Below, one piece after another: positions 45,433 through 54,667 of a stretch of 55,055 nucleotides of DNA. The position numbers and the translations under genes are program-made. How positions within the stretch are numbered: position 1 is the first letter of the stretch; every line of letters begins with the position of its first letter. Source of the stretch: a virus (Duplodnaviria; Caudoviricetes); IMG/VR virus record IMGVR_UViG_3300027857_000022, positions 1 to 55,055 of that record, one strand, 5' to 3'. Below the pieces are notes generated by a model. That model ran no database searches. It worked only from the letters and a program-made list of their open reading frames with translations, and was not told where the DNA came from.

Positions 45433-45852
45433 TTAGTAGTTGTTCTTCGGCAATTGGAACACGGTTAAAACGCCTGTTAAGCCAGTTCCGAAGTCTAGGT
45501 TGACCGAACCATCCAATTGTGCAAATCGCGCACTTTCAAGAGGTCCGACTATGCATCCACCTGATGCTGTGTGACAGACGACGGTCAAGTCTCCGATGCC
45601 AGATCGGAACGCGGGGCCAGGAGTAGCACCTCCACCAACCCCTGCGCGAACAATGACGTTCTTATCAGAACCTGCTGTATTAGTGATGTAAAGGAAGGTA
45701 TCACGCTCATTTGGCCCCGATGGGATTGCACTCGTTGATATCGGGATATTGACGCCGTTCGTGACCAGCGTGCTATTAATCGTAGTACCTGCTGGTATGT
45801 CGATGCCACCATTGGCAGTGAGAGCCGTTGGGCTTACGCTTGTGCGTGCCAT
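45433..45852 (-). CDS. Probable capsid decoration/accessory structural protein
   Basis: Directly after the major capsid gene; beta-rich. Confidence 0.6.
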   Translation of the reverse strand: MARTSVSPTALTANGGIDIPAGTTINSTLVTNGVNIPISTSAIPSGPNERDTFLYITNTAGSDKNVIVRAGVGGGATPGPAFRSGIGDLTVVCHTASGGCIVGPLESARFAQLDGSVNLDFGTGLTGVLTVFQLPKNNY

Positions 45853-45864
45853 GATGCTTCCTCC

Positions 45865-46785
45865 TTATGGATGCTGTAGGTATGCAGCACACAGCGCATA
45901 CGGGCGGACAGTTTTCGCTCCGTAGAGCACAAGAGATTTCACGGCATCAGAGAAGCGGTATGGCGGTCGGTAGGCTTCCGTCTCGCTCAGACCTTCTGCT
46001 TTTGTCAGGGCCATTGGATGTCCTGCTAGGATCACGTCCTGTGAACCAGCAGCTCCTGTTGTGCCACCAAGATGGACAGCATTCAGGCTCTCGTAGACAT
46101 CGAAGCCTTCGATCTTGCCCAAGTAGGCATCGCTACTCATACCAGCGGAGGCATCAAGCTTTCCTGACAGGATGGTTTGACGGCCTGCATCGGTATTGAA
46201 GCTGGTGAAGCGGATGTCCTGGGTAAGATACGTTTTGATCCACGGAGGCACAACACACCAGCGCCCCGACTTGGGAACGGCTTGCTCAGTCAACTTCTGA
46301 CCCATCTGCACGATATAGTCGTAGGCGGTCGTGCCCGCGCCGACATTTGTGCTGGTAGGAACTGAGATAGTTTGGAAGCTGCTAGAGGAACCGATGAGGT
46401 TGGTTGCATCTGTATAGAAACCCGCGTAGTATTGATCCATCGTGAGCGCGAGCTTGTAGCCCGCCCACGAGATCATCTCTGCGTAGGCATCAGGATGTGC
46501 TTGTGCACGATCTACATCATCTATCGCGACGTTATAGTATTTCGCCTGTGATATAGTGAGCATTGTTTGAGCATCTGTCATGCTCTGCGGTGCGTTGATA
46601 TCGGTGTCTTTGGTGTAGGAGTATACAGTCACATCACCTATTGCATTAATTCTAACTGTATCCCCCATTTGCTTCAGTTCCCCTTCATAATCGCCGTTGA
46701 AGAGATTGCCGAAGACGAGGTTTACTCGTAGAGCAGCAAGGATTGTATCTGCCCATATTTGAGGTATAAACGAGTTGAGAGACAT
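45865..46785 (-). CDS. Major capsid protein (P22-coat-like family)
   Basis: FIPQIW, DYEGE...GDTVRI, VPKSGRWCVV, LYGAKTVRP. Confidence 0.93.
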   Translation of the reverse strand: MSLNSFIPQIWADTILAALRVNLVFGNLFNGDYEGELKQMGDTVRINAIGDVTVYSYTKDTDINAPQSMTDAQTMLTISQAKYYNVAIDDVDRAQAHPDAYAEMISWAGYKLALTMDQYYAGFYTDATNLIGSSSSFQTISVPTSTNVGAGTTAYDYIVQMGQKLTEQAVPKSGRWCVVPPWIKTYLTQDIRFTSFNTDAGRQTILSGKLDASAGMSSDAYLGKIEGFDVYESLNAVHLGGTTGAAGSQDVILAGHPMALTKAEGLSETEAYRPPYRFSDAVKSLVLYGAKTVRPYALCAAYLQHP

Positions 46786-46870
46786 TCAAATCTCCTATCA
46801 TCCTCTGCCTAACATCTCTTAGAAAGGTGCTAAGCACAAGATACAAAAGACGATCTATTCAATTGTTCGA

Positions 46871-47575
46871 TTAGCGTCTGATAATCGTGCCACCACCACG
46901 GACGAATTCGCTAATGCGTAGCTGCTCTTCAGGAGAGAGCGCAGCCCAGGCCTGCGGGCCGCCTTTCATGATTTGAGCAACATATTCCTTTGTGATTTGC
47001 TGTGGCCCGCTCGTTTGCGAGCGCGATGGATTGGTAGCACCGCCACTTGTCTGGACTTGCGGCTTGCCGACTAACCAAGAACGTTGCTTCACCAAATCCT
47101 TGAGCAGAGCGTCAATATTGGTTGGGTTGCCAGCATCGTCGTATTCAATGCGCGATCCATCAATGAGCTTGGATGCAGCATCAACATCGATGATATTGAG
47201 CTTGGATGCTTGCTTGAATACTTCGTTATTGATACGTGCTTCCTGTAGCTCTCTGAGCAACGCGCTATTCTGGGATTGGTGTTCGGCTAATTGTTGCTCA
47301 AGTTTCCGACTCGCGGCCTCACGCTTCTCAGCATCAGAGAGCTTTTCAGTTTCTGTGCGCTCTTTGAATGTCTTCAGTTCGTTGTGAGCCGCGTCAAGCT
47401 CTTTGAGTCGCTTGCGTAGATTGGCAGACTCTGAGCGTAGTTTCTTGGCTTCTTCAAGAGAAATCGTTTCGCCTTCGCCCGCCTGGGGTTCTGGTGTGGT
47501 GTTTGTGCCCGCCTGGGGCTGTGGATCTTCAGCATTTCCCGCCTGGGGATCAACTGGAGGGGTTTGTTCTGCCAT
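46871..47575 (-). CDS. Capsid scaffolding protein
   Basis: KKLRSESANLR, coiled coil, GGATNP; upstream of the capsid gene. Confidence 0.88.
   Translation of the reverse strand: MAEQTPPVDPQAGNAEDPQPQAGTNTTPEPQAGEGETISLEEAKKLRSESANLRKRLKELDAAHNELKTFKERTETEKLSDAEKREAASRKLEQQLAEHQSQNSALLRELQEARINNEVFKQASKLNIIDVDAASKLIDGSRIEYDDAGNPTNIDALLKDLVKQRSWLVGKPQVQTSGGATNPSRSQTSGPQQITKEYVAQIMKGGPQAWAALSPEEQLRISEFVRGGGTIIRR
47478..47548 (-). repeat. CCCCAGGCGGG x3 at 30-nt period in the scaffold 5' end
   Basis: cccgcctgggg at 47478, 47508, 47538. Confidence 0.85.
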
Positions 47576-47602
47576 AACTATAATTCATCCTTTGCTACGT
47601 TG

Positions 47603-47923
47603 TCAAGAGCCCGCAATCCGCTTGAGTGAATCCGGAGCATCTTCTTTCATTTGACCATAATACCTGATAAGTGCCTTTGCTGCTTTTTTCTTTTCGGCTG
47701 GTGGCGCATTGACACCACCACGTCCGCCCGCAAGTGCAGCCGCAGCAGCATGCACAGCATTTCTATTCACATTCCCGTTGGTATCCTTGACAGGAAGCTT
47801 ACACTTCGATTGCACTTTATCCTGTCCTGACGGATTTAAATCTATAAGGCATGCACTACAATACGCTTCAGTGCTAGAATACTGACTAGCACTTCCATCC
47901 CATGATGAATCTGAAAAGCCCAT
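47603..47923 (-). CDS. Conserved phage head-associated protein
   Basis: SWDGSA...KLPVKD..GNVNRNAVHAAAAALAGGRGGV...LIRYY. Confidence 0.75.
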   Translation of the reverse strand: MGFSDSSWDGSASQYSSTEAYCSACLIDLNPSGQDKVQSKCKLPVKDTNGNVNRNAVHAAAAALAGGRGGVNAPPAEKKKAAKALIRYYGQMKEDAPDSLKRIAGS

Positions 47924-47924
47924 G

Positions 47925-48116
47925 TTATGCTCCTTTTACTTTCTTTACACTATGATGCGCTACTTTCTGGACAGGCTTTGCTGTGTATATTGCTGTCTTC
48001 TGGTTCGTAGCTTTAGCCTTTGCCACTGGTGCCTTGTGCGGCTTGGGTACAGACACGTGAGGCGTCTTGACATGCGGAGTCGTGACGGATGCACCCGACT
48101 TCTTATGCCAGGTCAT
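47925..48116 (-). CDS. Small Lys/His/Pro-rich basic protein
   Basis: RBS GAGGAGG; no acidic residues. Confidence 0.7.
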   Translation of the reverse strand: MTWHKKSGASVTTPHVKTPHVSVPKPHKAPVAKAKATNQKTAIYTAKPVQKVAHHSVKKVKGA

Positions 48117-48423
48117 GATTTGCCTCCTCTCTACTCTTAACAGCTTCAGAGATACGAGTGACTAGCTCTTGCTTGAGAGTAGTGTTATCGGACATTTCGC
48201 CTTCTGGTAGGTTAGTTATATTGAGCAAGATTCTTACTCGCAATTTAGGTCTTCCAATGAATGGCTTTACAGAGATATTCTCAATAGACTCAACACGAAG
48301 ATGTTGGCCTTCTAATTTGGAGAAAGGCCAGACTAGAGCCTCTTCTAGCACGGCAGGATCCTCTACGAGTTGCGGGTCAAGTTCAAGACTGATATACTTT
48401 TGTGAGCTTTCTACAACTTCCAT
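48103..48423 (-). CDS. Hypothetical protein
   Basis: RBS AAGGAGG. Confidence 0.7.
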   Translation of the reverse strand: MEVVESSQKYISLELDPQLVEDPAVLEEALVWPFSKLEGQHLRVESIENISVKPFIGRPKLRVRILLNITNLPEGEMSDNTTLKQELVTRISEAVKSREEANHDLA

Positions 48424-48594
48424 CTACTTGCCTCCTTTCTTTGGTGACATCGGTTTCTGCTGTGCTGGTGGCACTGGTTTCGTTGGAGCTGGCTTGTTTT
48501 CCTTCAGCCGTTTGTCAGCTTTTGTTCCTTTGCTGGGGGGTCCACCACAGAACATCAGTAGTGATAGAGCAACCACAGCGATGATTTTTCCCAT
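48424..48594 (-). CDS. Small basic protein with hydrophobic N-terminus (56 aa, not in ORF track)
   Basis: MGKIIAVVALSLLMFCGGPPSKGTKADKRLKENKPAP...; RBS AAGGAG. Confidence 0.65.
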   Translation of the reverse strand: MGKIIAVVALSLLMFCGGPPSKGTKADKRLKENKPAPTKPVPPAQQKPMSPKKGGK

Positions 48595-48597
48595 TGT

Positions 48598-48888
48598 TCA
48601 TTTCTCCTTTCTAATGCACTCTTGTACCATTTCACAGAAAGTACCTATGATGCCACTGCACTCAGGCTGATTCAGAATTTCGAGAAACTCGTGAATACTC
48701 GAGCCTCTTTCCGCTCCTGTGATTTCAAGGTGTACATTACGCTTCTGATCTTTGCACAAGAGATATAACGCCTTCAATGCATGGAAAATTGCACGTCGTT
48801 CACATAACTCATCTGAACATCCTGCTTGTTGAGATTCCTCTAAACTACGTTGAACAATATTATAAATAATAGGCAAGTCAATGGTCAT
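48598..48888 (-). CDS. Hypothetical protein
   Basis: ORF in operon order. Confidence 0.6.
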   Translation of the reverse strand: MTIDLPIIYNIVQRSLEESQQAGCSDELCERRAIFHALKALYLLCKDQKRNVHLEITGAERGSSIHEFLEILNQPECSGIIGTFCEMVQECIRKEK

Positions 48889-48891
48889 ATT

Positions 48892-49125
48892 TTATCCATT
48901 TCTGCTTGCTTGTACAACTTTAAGTATATCTTGCGCATTTCTACGCTGTTCACGCCACAGCTTGACAACTTGATCCATCGAGTCCGCATCAATCACCTGA
49001 GTGATGGTCGTGGTAGGGCCAAGTTGGATTGCGACGACCAGACCTTGCGGGATGATCTGTATCCCGATATGCGGGAACTGCGGTGGCTGGTGCGGCGCTC
49101 AGATGAGCGGGATTGGTTGTGCCAT
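48892..49125 (-). pseudogene. 77-codon gene interrupted by an in-frame TGA at codon 9
   Basis: RBS AGAAAGGA; MAQPIPLI*APHQPPQFPHIGIQII...ASRNG; fills the gap exactly. Confidence 0.65.
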
Positions 49126-49126
49126 G

Positions 49127-49477
49127 TTATGTATCCTTTCTTAATGCCAGTATTGCATCTGATAGCTTTCTGTATCCTTTAAGTACCGCTTGCCATACCT
49201 TCTGCTCAGTATCGTTTCTGTATCCTTTGCTACTGAAAGTCCCGTCTGGGTCGGCTAAATTGAGCGCGGCACCAAGCGATTGCATACGAGCGTCTACCTC
49301 GTCAAGATCTCCATACGTACCATTGATACCACGATAGATCCGATAGGAGTTCATTATGCTGTCAATCGGAATACGCGTATGAGCTATGTCATCTGACATA
49401 TCAGGCGTTGGGTCTATCATCACGTGTAAGCAGTCAACACCCTGATGCTCTATAATCTCGTATCTGTGGTCACTCAT
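49127..49477 (-). CDS. Hypothetical protein
   Basis: RBS AAGGAG before MSDHRY. Confidence 0.7.
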   Translation of the reverse strand: MSDHRYEIIEHQGVDCLHVMIDPTPDMSDDIAHTRIPIDSIMNSYRIYRGINGTYGDLDEVDARMQSLGAALNLADPDGTFSSKGYRNDTEQKVWQAVLKGYRKLSDAILALRKDT

Positions 49478-49488
49478 TCTTTCTCTCC

Positions 49489-50256
49489 TTATGCTGTTAC
49501 TAATCGTTGCTGACATCTGCAATTCGGATGTGAGTCCAGATCCTCTGAAATATCGTGTACGCTTCCATCCATCGATTTGCAGAAAGGACACGCGCCTGCT
49601 TGTGCTACCCATTGCCACTGTTGCACGTCATTCTGCTGAGCCGTCAGTGACCATGCATCTCTGTAAGCATTCATCTCCTCAGTTCTCGATATCGTGAGCG
49701 AACGAAAGAGACAGATGAGCAGAGCAGCCATGATAGCACGGTCTATCATATCCGGCTGCTGGCCTATGGAGACACCTGCTATCAAAGCCTTGCCTACTCT
49801 ATCACTGGCTTCCTCTCCGAAGCCATCCATCAGATCGTCTATCGGCTTACCTTGCTGAGTGTAGCCTATGATCTTGCCAGCAGACAACGGAGGCGTCTTG
49901 ATCGTGTGAGCAGGTGCGACGGTTGCCAGTTGCGCATGAGCTGATTGCAGACCGAGCCCTGCACCGTGCGTTTGTGCTGTGAGTACCTGAGCCTTGGCAT
50001 TGCCTCCGAAGCTGTTGACTTGGCTCTTGACCAGATGCTTAACATTGCCTAGCTTATCGCCAGTATAGAGCCAGTGCAGAGGGACAGGATTGTCGGCAGC
50101 TTTTGCCTCTCCGATCTGTTTCAAGAGCGGCGTAATGTGCGGCATGACAACCAAGAGCATATGAGCATGAGCCGAGCGAATTGCTTGGGCTGTATGTTGC
50201 TCCAAAGTGATGAGCCTCTCACGATAGGATTGTACGATTTGACCAAGGCTTATCAC
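49489..50256 (-). CDS. Minor capsid/head morphogenesis protein (Mu F / SPP1 gp7-like)
   Basis: ISRTE, WQWVA...CPFCKSMDG, HPNCRC. Confidence 0.9.
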   Translation of the reverse strand: MISLGQIVQSYRERLITLEQHTAQAIRSAHAHMLLVVMPHITPLLKQIGEAKAADNPVPLHWLYTGDKLGNVKHLVKSQVNSFGGNAKAQVLTAQTHGAGLGLQSAHAQLATVAPAHTIKTPPLSAGKIIGYTQQGKPIDDLMDGFGEEASDRVGKALIAGVSIGQQPDMIDRAIMAALLICLFRSLTISRTEEMNAYRDAWSLTAQQNDVQQWQWVAQAGACPFCKSMDGSVHDISEDLDSHPNCRCQQRLVTA

Positions 50257-50582
50257 TCTTGCTCCTTTGGCAGTTCAGTCATGTCTGGGATAGACTCGAC
50301 CTTTTCTTTCAATGACCGATAATATTTGTCACCACAGAAGTGATAACGAGTAGAGTGTTCTACCAAGTCGTAGGCCCAACGCGCTATGATACTCTCCCAC
50401 TCTTCACGCCAATCATCTTGGAACGGCGTTCTTACCTCTACAATGCTTCCCTGGAGAAGTTCAGCGAGAAGCGCCTTTGCAAAACCCTGGAATTGGGTAT
50501 CCCTACTCATTTGTGCTGCAGATGGCCGTAGATGCTCAATAATCCAATCTCTCATTCTGTCTTCATTCATTCCCCATGCCAT
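50253..50582 (-). CDS. Hypothetical protein
   Basis: Inserted between the portal and minor capsid genes. Confidence 0.65.
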   Translation of the reverse strand: MAWGMNEDRMRDWIIEHLRPSAAQMSRDTQFQGFAKALLAELLQGSIVEVRTPFQDDWREEWESIIARWAYDLVEHSTRYHFCGDKYYRSLKEKVESIPDMTELPKEQE

Positions 50583-51987
50583 CCTTCTGTGCTATCTGGC
50601 TATCCTGCTGTATTGCCTGTTGAGCTTGTCGTACTGGTGGCAGGCCTGTGCCATTTGCATAGTTCTGCATCTTCTGCTGATCCTCTGCTTGACTCTTCTC
50701 TGCCTCAGCATCAGGATCGAAACCAGCACCCTGAATGAGCGTCGCATTCGAGACACCAAGCTGTTGCCAGAGAATAGCCGTTTGAGCAGCAGCAAGATCA
50801 TCTACAGGCAAAAGATTCTGCCAATGTAGATCTATCGAATAATCTGCATATTCTTCAATCGAGAGCTTGCCACACAGAACAAGCGCTGCTCGTGACAGCT
50901 CCCGTATCAGCTTGCCATAGAGTCGCTGCTTGAGGATCGTCTTCTCGATGATAGGTTGGAACAAAAGTTGAAGTGCTACACCTGAGATATTGCCTTTGGG
51001 AAGATCGACCAGCCTACCAAGGGCAACTGCTGGGATACGGCTTTGCTCATCCATATCTGAGCGAAGATCGGCCACGACGGAGAGCAGGCCCGTAAAGTTT
51101 TCCATCGCCGCGATCTTCTCGATCTTGGCACTCTCCGATTGCAGGACGATGAGATTGTCGATATCCATCTTGATCTGCGAGGCGCCTATGCCACTGGCCC
51201 ATGTGACGGGATGCCCGTGGTACTTTACTACGCGTGAAATGTTGGACAGAATAAAGTTGAGCACCTTGTTCATCTCAATCAGATCTTGCGTGAGATCCGG
51301 TATTCCCCAGGGCTCATTCGGATTGGGTAAATTCTGACAGGTAAAGATCGGCGCAAACGGATAGGGCCAGTCTTGTGGCGTACCGTCCTGCGACCATGTG
51401 CCGTTATCGCCTCTACGAGTATAATTCGTGATTGTCCATGTATCTTCTACGTCTTTCTCACCAAGCGCGTACAGATCATTCCTTGGGTCCACACGTGCGA
51501 TGATCTGCCTCTTCTGCATGTGCGTATTGACCGGATATTCGATGATATAGGCGATGTGCAGTTCGCAGTCGTCGGGAAGCGTGATAATACGCAAGAGCAT
51601 CGGATCGAGGATGACCATACGCGGTGGCACGCCGTCTTCTGATGGGATAAGCTTCACGAATGGCTGGCCACAGACGCCGCCATTCATTGCCAGCTTGGTA
51701 AGCGTCGTCATCTTGTCGTCGTCGTCGCCCCAGAAACTGTCTAGATCCTCTTGGTCATCGCACTCGATTTTGAGCGTCTGACCGAAGAGAAAGCTCACAC
51801 CCTTATCGACGATCGGCGCACATCTGTTCGACTTCACATTGTCATTTGGCTGGTCTTTGGCAACTTTGAGCGGGTCCTGCAACTCACCACGATACGCCTT
51901 CCACGCTTGCTGCATGCACTGGCGACGCTTGGTGTCGGCTTGTGTTGCAGGTGCCTCTGCTAATGTTTGGGCTTGTGTGGCTAGCAT
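50563..51987 (-). CDS. Portal protein (SPP1 gp6-like)
   Basis: NRCAPIVDKGVSFLFG, WGIPDL, GNISGVALQL, WQNLLPVD. Confidence 0.93.
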   Translation of the reverse strand: MLATQAQTLAEAPATQADTKRRQCMQQAWKAYRGELQDPLKVAKDQPNDNVKSNRCAPIVDKGVSFLFGQTLKIECDDQEDLDSFWGDDDDKMTTLTKLAMNGGVCGQPFVKLIPSEDGVPPRMVILDPMLLRIITLPDDCELHIAYIIEYPVNTHMQKRQIIARVDPRNDLYALGEKDVEDTWTITNYTRRGDNGTWSQDGTPQDWPYPFAPIFTCQNLPNPNEPWGIPDLTQDLIEMNKVLNFILSNISRVVKYHGHPVTWASGIGASQIKMDIDNLIVLQSESAKIEKIAAMENFTGLLSVVADLRSDMDEQSRIPAVALGRLVDLPKGNISGVALQLLFQPIIEKTILKQRLYGKLIRELSRAALVLCGKLSIEEYADYSIDLHWQNLLPVDDLAAAQTAILWQQLGVSNATLIQGAGFDPDAEAEKSQAEDQQKMQNYANGTGLPPVRQAQQAIQQDSQIAQKDGMGNE

Positions 51988-51990
51988 GTG

Positions 51991-52401
51991 CTATTCCCCC
52001 TCCAGTAGCTCAGGATGCTCGTAAATGTTGCCGATGACTTCTAGCTCTCCCCATGAAATAGAGCCATTCTCATAATAGCCACGATCATACTCCACGCCAC
52101 GGTCATTCTTCATATCCCACTCATCAATATTCCAGTACACTTGAAAGATCGTGGCTTCTGAAACAATCGCATGGTAGCTCCGTACAATATCCCCCTCGTA
52201 GATCTCTTGTCCTTTGCAATCCTTGAGCCCCGTGTACTGCATGAGTTCAAGGTCATCTGAGTCATGCCAACGATAGAGATCAGTATCTGCTAGAGTGTTA
52301 TAGCGGAACTCATCACAGTAACTTCCCAGCAGGTGTTCCAAGCTAAAATCAACCATTTTCTTCTGCCTCTTATGCCACGCTCTGAACTTGATCTCTCTCA
52401 T
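51991..52401 (-). CDS. YopX-family protein
   Basis: REIKFRAW, LMQYTGLKD..GQEIYEGDIV, EVIGNIYEHPELL. Confidence 0.95.
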   Translation of the reverse strand: MREIKFRAWHKRQKKMVDFSLEHLLGSYCDEFRYNTLADTDLYRWHDSDDLELMQYTGLKDCKGQEIYEGDIVRSYHAIVSEATIFQVYWNIDEWDMKNDRGVEYDRGYYENGSISWGELEVIGNIYEHPELLEGE

Positions 52402-52403
52402 AC

Positions 52404-53723
52404 CTACCTCCATATGCTCTGAATGTATGACACACCACTCTGCTGTAAATCGAAGTGTGCAACTAAGTACCGTAACGCGTCATTTCCATCATCCTGTTCT
52501 TTCACAGGATGTTCTCCTTTTTTCATGCCTTGCCTCGTATCCCAAATATATCCTTCCATTTCATCGGATAGCTCAGTTGGCTGTTTGGCGGCTTGTAAGT
52601 CTTTATCCCGTTCGACTAAGCTATCTCGCATGACGTAGATACGTGGCTTGCCATCACCAGACGGTCTCAAGCGTGAGGCAACGGCTTGAATACCATCGGA
52701 GACGGACTTGTGCGCAGGCGTGACATAGAGACCAAGGTGCCGTTCCAAAGTCGCTCTGTCTTCCGCGTCGTGGTCGCAAATCACGGCACGTGGCATGGGA
52801 TCGCCACCTCGCTCGCCCCAGTGGGATACTGCTTTGATCGTTCGTGCATGATCCTCTACCAGCGTCTTGGTCTTGTAGATCTGCCTGTAGACATAAAGCC
52901 TGCCATCGGGATCTTCAGCAGCCCACAAGCACACAAATGGATGAGTATATCCGAAGTCGATAGCCAGGTAGCGCGGCCACTCGATGGGAGGAGTATAGTG
53001 GTTGATGATGTTACGGGCAGGGTCCCAGCAATCTTCGTACACCATACCCTCAGCTGATACCCACAAACCTAGCCGATATCTCGCGTACCGAACACCTGTG
53101 AGCTGGTCGAGCTTTTCGAGATAGCGCTCACCTTCCACTGTCATCGTGCCATCGCGATTGAAGAGCATCGGGTTGTCTTCGTGGCGTGTCTCAAGCAGAA
53201 GTAAGCGCCCCATAGACTCACGTTGCCGTATCCAGTGGTTGGCAGGCCCGGGATTGACATCACCAAGCAACTGCTGAAATGGAAGCTTACCATTGCGAAG
53301 ACGAATGCTGCAGGACTCCCAATCATTTTCTTCACACTCGGTCGTCTCCTGGATATAGATGATATCCCACTCAGATGACATGATCTTGCTAGGTTTGTCA
53401 AGCCCGCCTACTGCGATGATAGAGCTGTTGGGATATTGATACTGTTGCATCGATGTCTTGAAGCGGACGCCCTGAGCAGGATGCAAGACCTTTTGTTCTA
53501 ATGTGACCATACCGGATTCAGTGAGGGAACGGCGTGTCTTTCTTGCCATAAGAGCACGCACGCCGGAATACTCCATACAGCAGTAATTGATGTATTCCAG
53601 GATACCGCGAGACTTGCCAGTCCCGGCAGGCCCTGCGATGATCAACTCAGGAGGATGCTCTATGAAGATTCTACCTATGTTTCCATAGGCTGTGTAGGTC
53701 TCCTCAATCGTTGCTACTGCCAT
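52404..53723 (-). CDS. terL: Terminase large subunit
   Basis: GPAGTGKS, IYIQE, DVNPG, AIDFGY, DDGNDALRY. Confidence 0.95.
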   Translation of the reverse strand: MAVATIEETYTAYGNIGRIFIEHPPELIIAGPAGTGKSRGILEYINYCCMEYSGVRALMARKTRRSLTESGMVTLEQKVLHPAQGVRFKTSMQQYQYPNSSIIAVGGLDKPSKIMSSEWDIIYIQETTECEENDWESCSIRLRNGKLPFQQLLGDVNPGPANHWIRQRESMGRLLLLETRHEDNPMLFNRDGTMTVEGERYLEKLDQLTGVRYARYRLGLWVSAEGMVYEDCWDPARNIINHYTPPIEWPRYLAIDFGYTHPFVCLWAAEDPDGRLYVYRQIYKTKTLVEDHARTIKAVSHWGERGGDPMPRAVICDHDAEDRATLERHLGLYVTPAHKSVSDGIQAVASRLRPSGDGKPRIYVMRDSLVERDKDLQAAKQPTELSDEMEGYIWDTRQGMKKGEHPVKEQDDGNDALRYLVAHFDLQQSGVSYIQSIWR

Positions 53724-54156
53724 CTACACCTCCTGGCATCAGCACGATTTTCTTGACGTAGTTCTGGTTCGCAAAGTCTTGTTCTGGAGTCACGTCCAAA
53801 TTGAGCAACTTCCGTCTATCCTTGCTCAGCTCAATCAATCGGTCCACTGCCCATAAGTTTGTCTTAATCTCTCCATCTTTATTTTTCGTTTCAAACGCTT
53901 CTGCCCATACTTTCTGGTGTATTGCGTCTAATATATCTTTTTCTTGTTCTCTATATTCATCAATATTCGGATGTATTCTTCGTTGCAATTCTCGTTGTAC
54001 TGCTTTGTGCGCACTTCCCCTATCGGAATACCCGCAACGTTTCGCAATCTCATCATATGTCAAACGCTGCTTCAATAGATCAATCGCCATAGCTACACGT
54101 TCAACAGCATTTACATCACGGCGTTGTACCTTCTGTGTTGGCTTGCTATTCCCCAT
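53704..54156 (-). CDS. terS: Terminase small subunit
   Basis: HTH LTYDEIAKRCGY...AHKAV, RRKLLNLD; upstream of terL. Confidence 0.8.
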   Translation of the reverse strand: MGNSKPTQKVQRRDVNAVERVAMAIDLLKQRLTYDEIAKRCGYSDRGSAHKAVQRELQRRIHPNIDEYREQEKDILDAIHQKVWAEAFETKNKDGEIKTNLWAVDRLIELSKDRRKLLNLDVTPEQDFANQNYVKKIVLMPGGVDGSSND

Positions 54157-54352
54157 GTTTCACCTCGCACTTACACTGTTTCACAGGTGGCATCCATGGT
54201 ATTTTTCCAGGCGCTCGATGCATGACAATCGATATGCAGCCACCACACACATTATGCATTACAAACAGGAAACCACCATGAGAGATGTAGAAGCGGCCTC
54301 CTGTGCGCAGGATAAATGTTCGCGGGTGGTCTATGGCGGTAATCTCAGTCAT
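54146..54352 (-). CDS. Hypothetical protein
   Basis: Coupled ORF. Confidence 0.5.
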   Translation of the reverse strand: MTEITAIDHPRTFILRTGGRFYISHGGFLFVMHNVCGGCISIVMHRAPGKIPWMPPVKQCKCEVKHGE

Positions 54353-54506
54353 GCTCGTAATGCTCCTTGAGGAAGAGATACAGCGCCTCTAGCTCTTGCG
54401 GCTCCAATGCAATACACGTGTTGCCAACGCGAAGAAGCGCCTCACCGTGTTCCAAGATCTGCGCTATCATCTCTCCTGTTTGCAGCGTTTTGCGTTCTGC
54501 TTGCAT
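54345..54506 (-). CDS. Small hypothetical protein (53 aa, not in ORF track)
   Basis: RBS AGAGGAG; MQAERKTLQTGEMIAQILEHG... Confidence 0.6.
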   Translation of the reverse strand: MQAERKTLQTGEMIAQILEHGEALLRVGNTCIALEPQELEALYLFLKEHYEHD

Positions 54507-54529
54507 GTGCTCTCCTCTTGACATCAGGG

Positions 54530-54610
54530 ATACACGCTAGTATAGCATAAATTCTACAGAAATCTATAGATTGAGAACGAATATTCTGGAGATTTTAGAG
54601 ATTTTGAATT
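54530..54610 (-). promoter_or_regulatory. Candidate late promoter: extended -10 TGcTATACT without a consensus -35
   Basis: Upstream of the whole late block; adjacent tcta(c/t)aga repeats. Confidence 0.45.
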
Positions 54611-54667
54611 GCAACTAATGGCGGTTAGTTGGCATTCTCTCATTCCACTAGGCGATGATTTGAGCAT

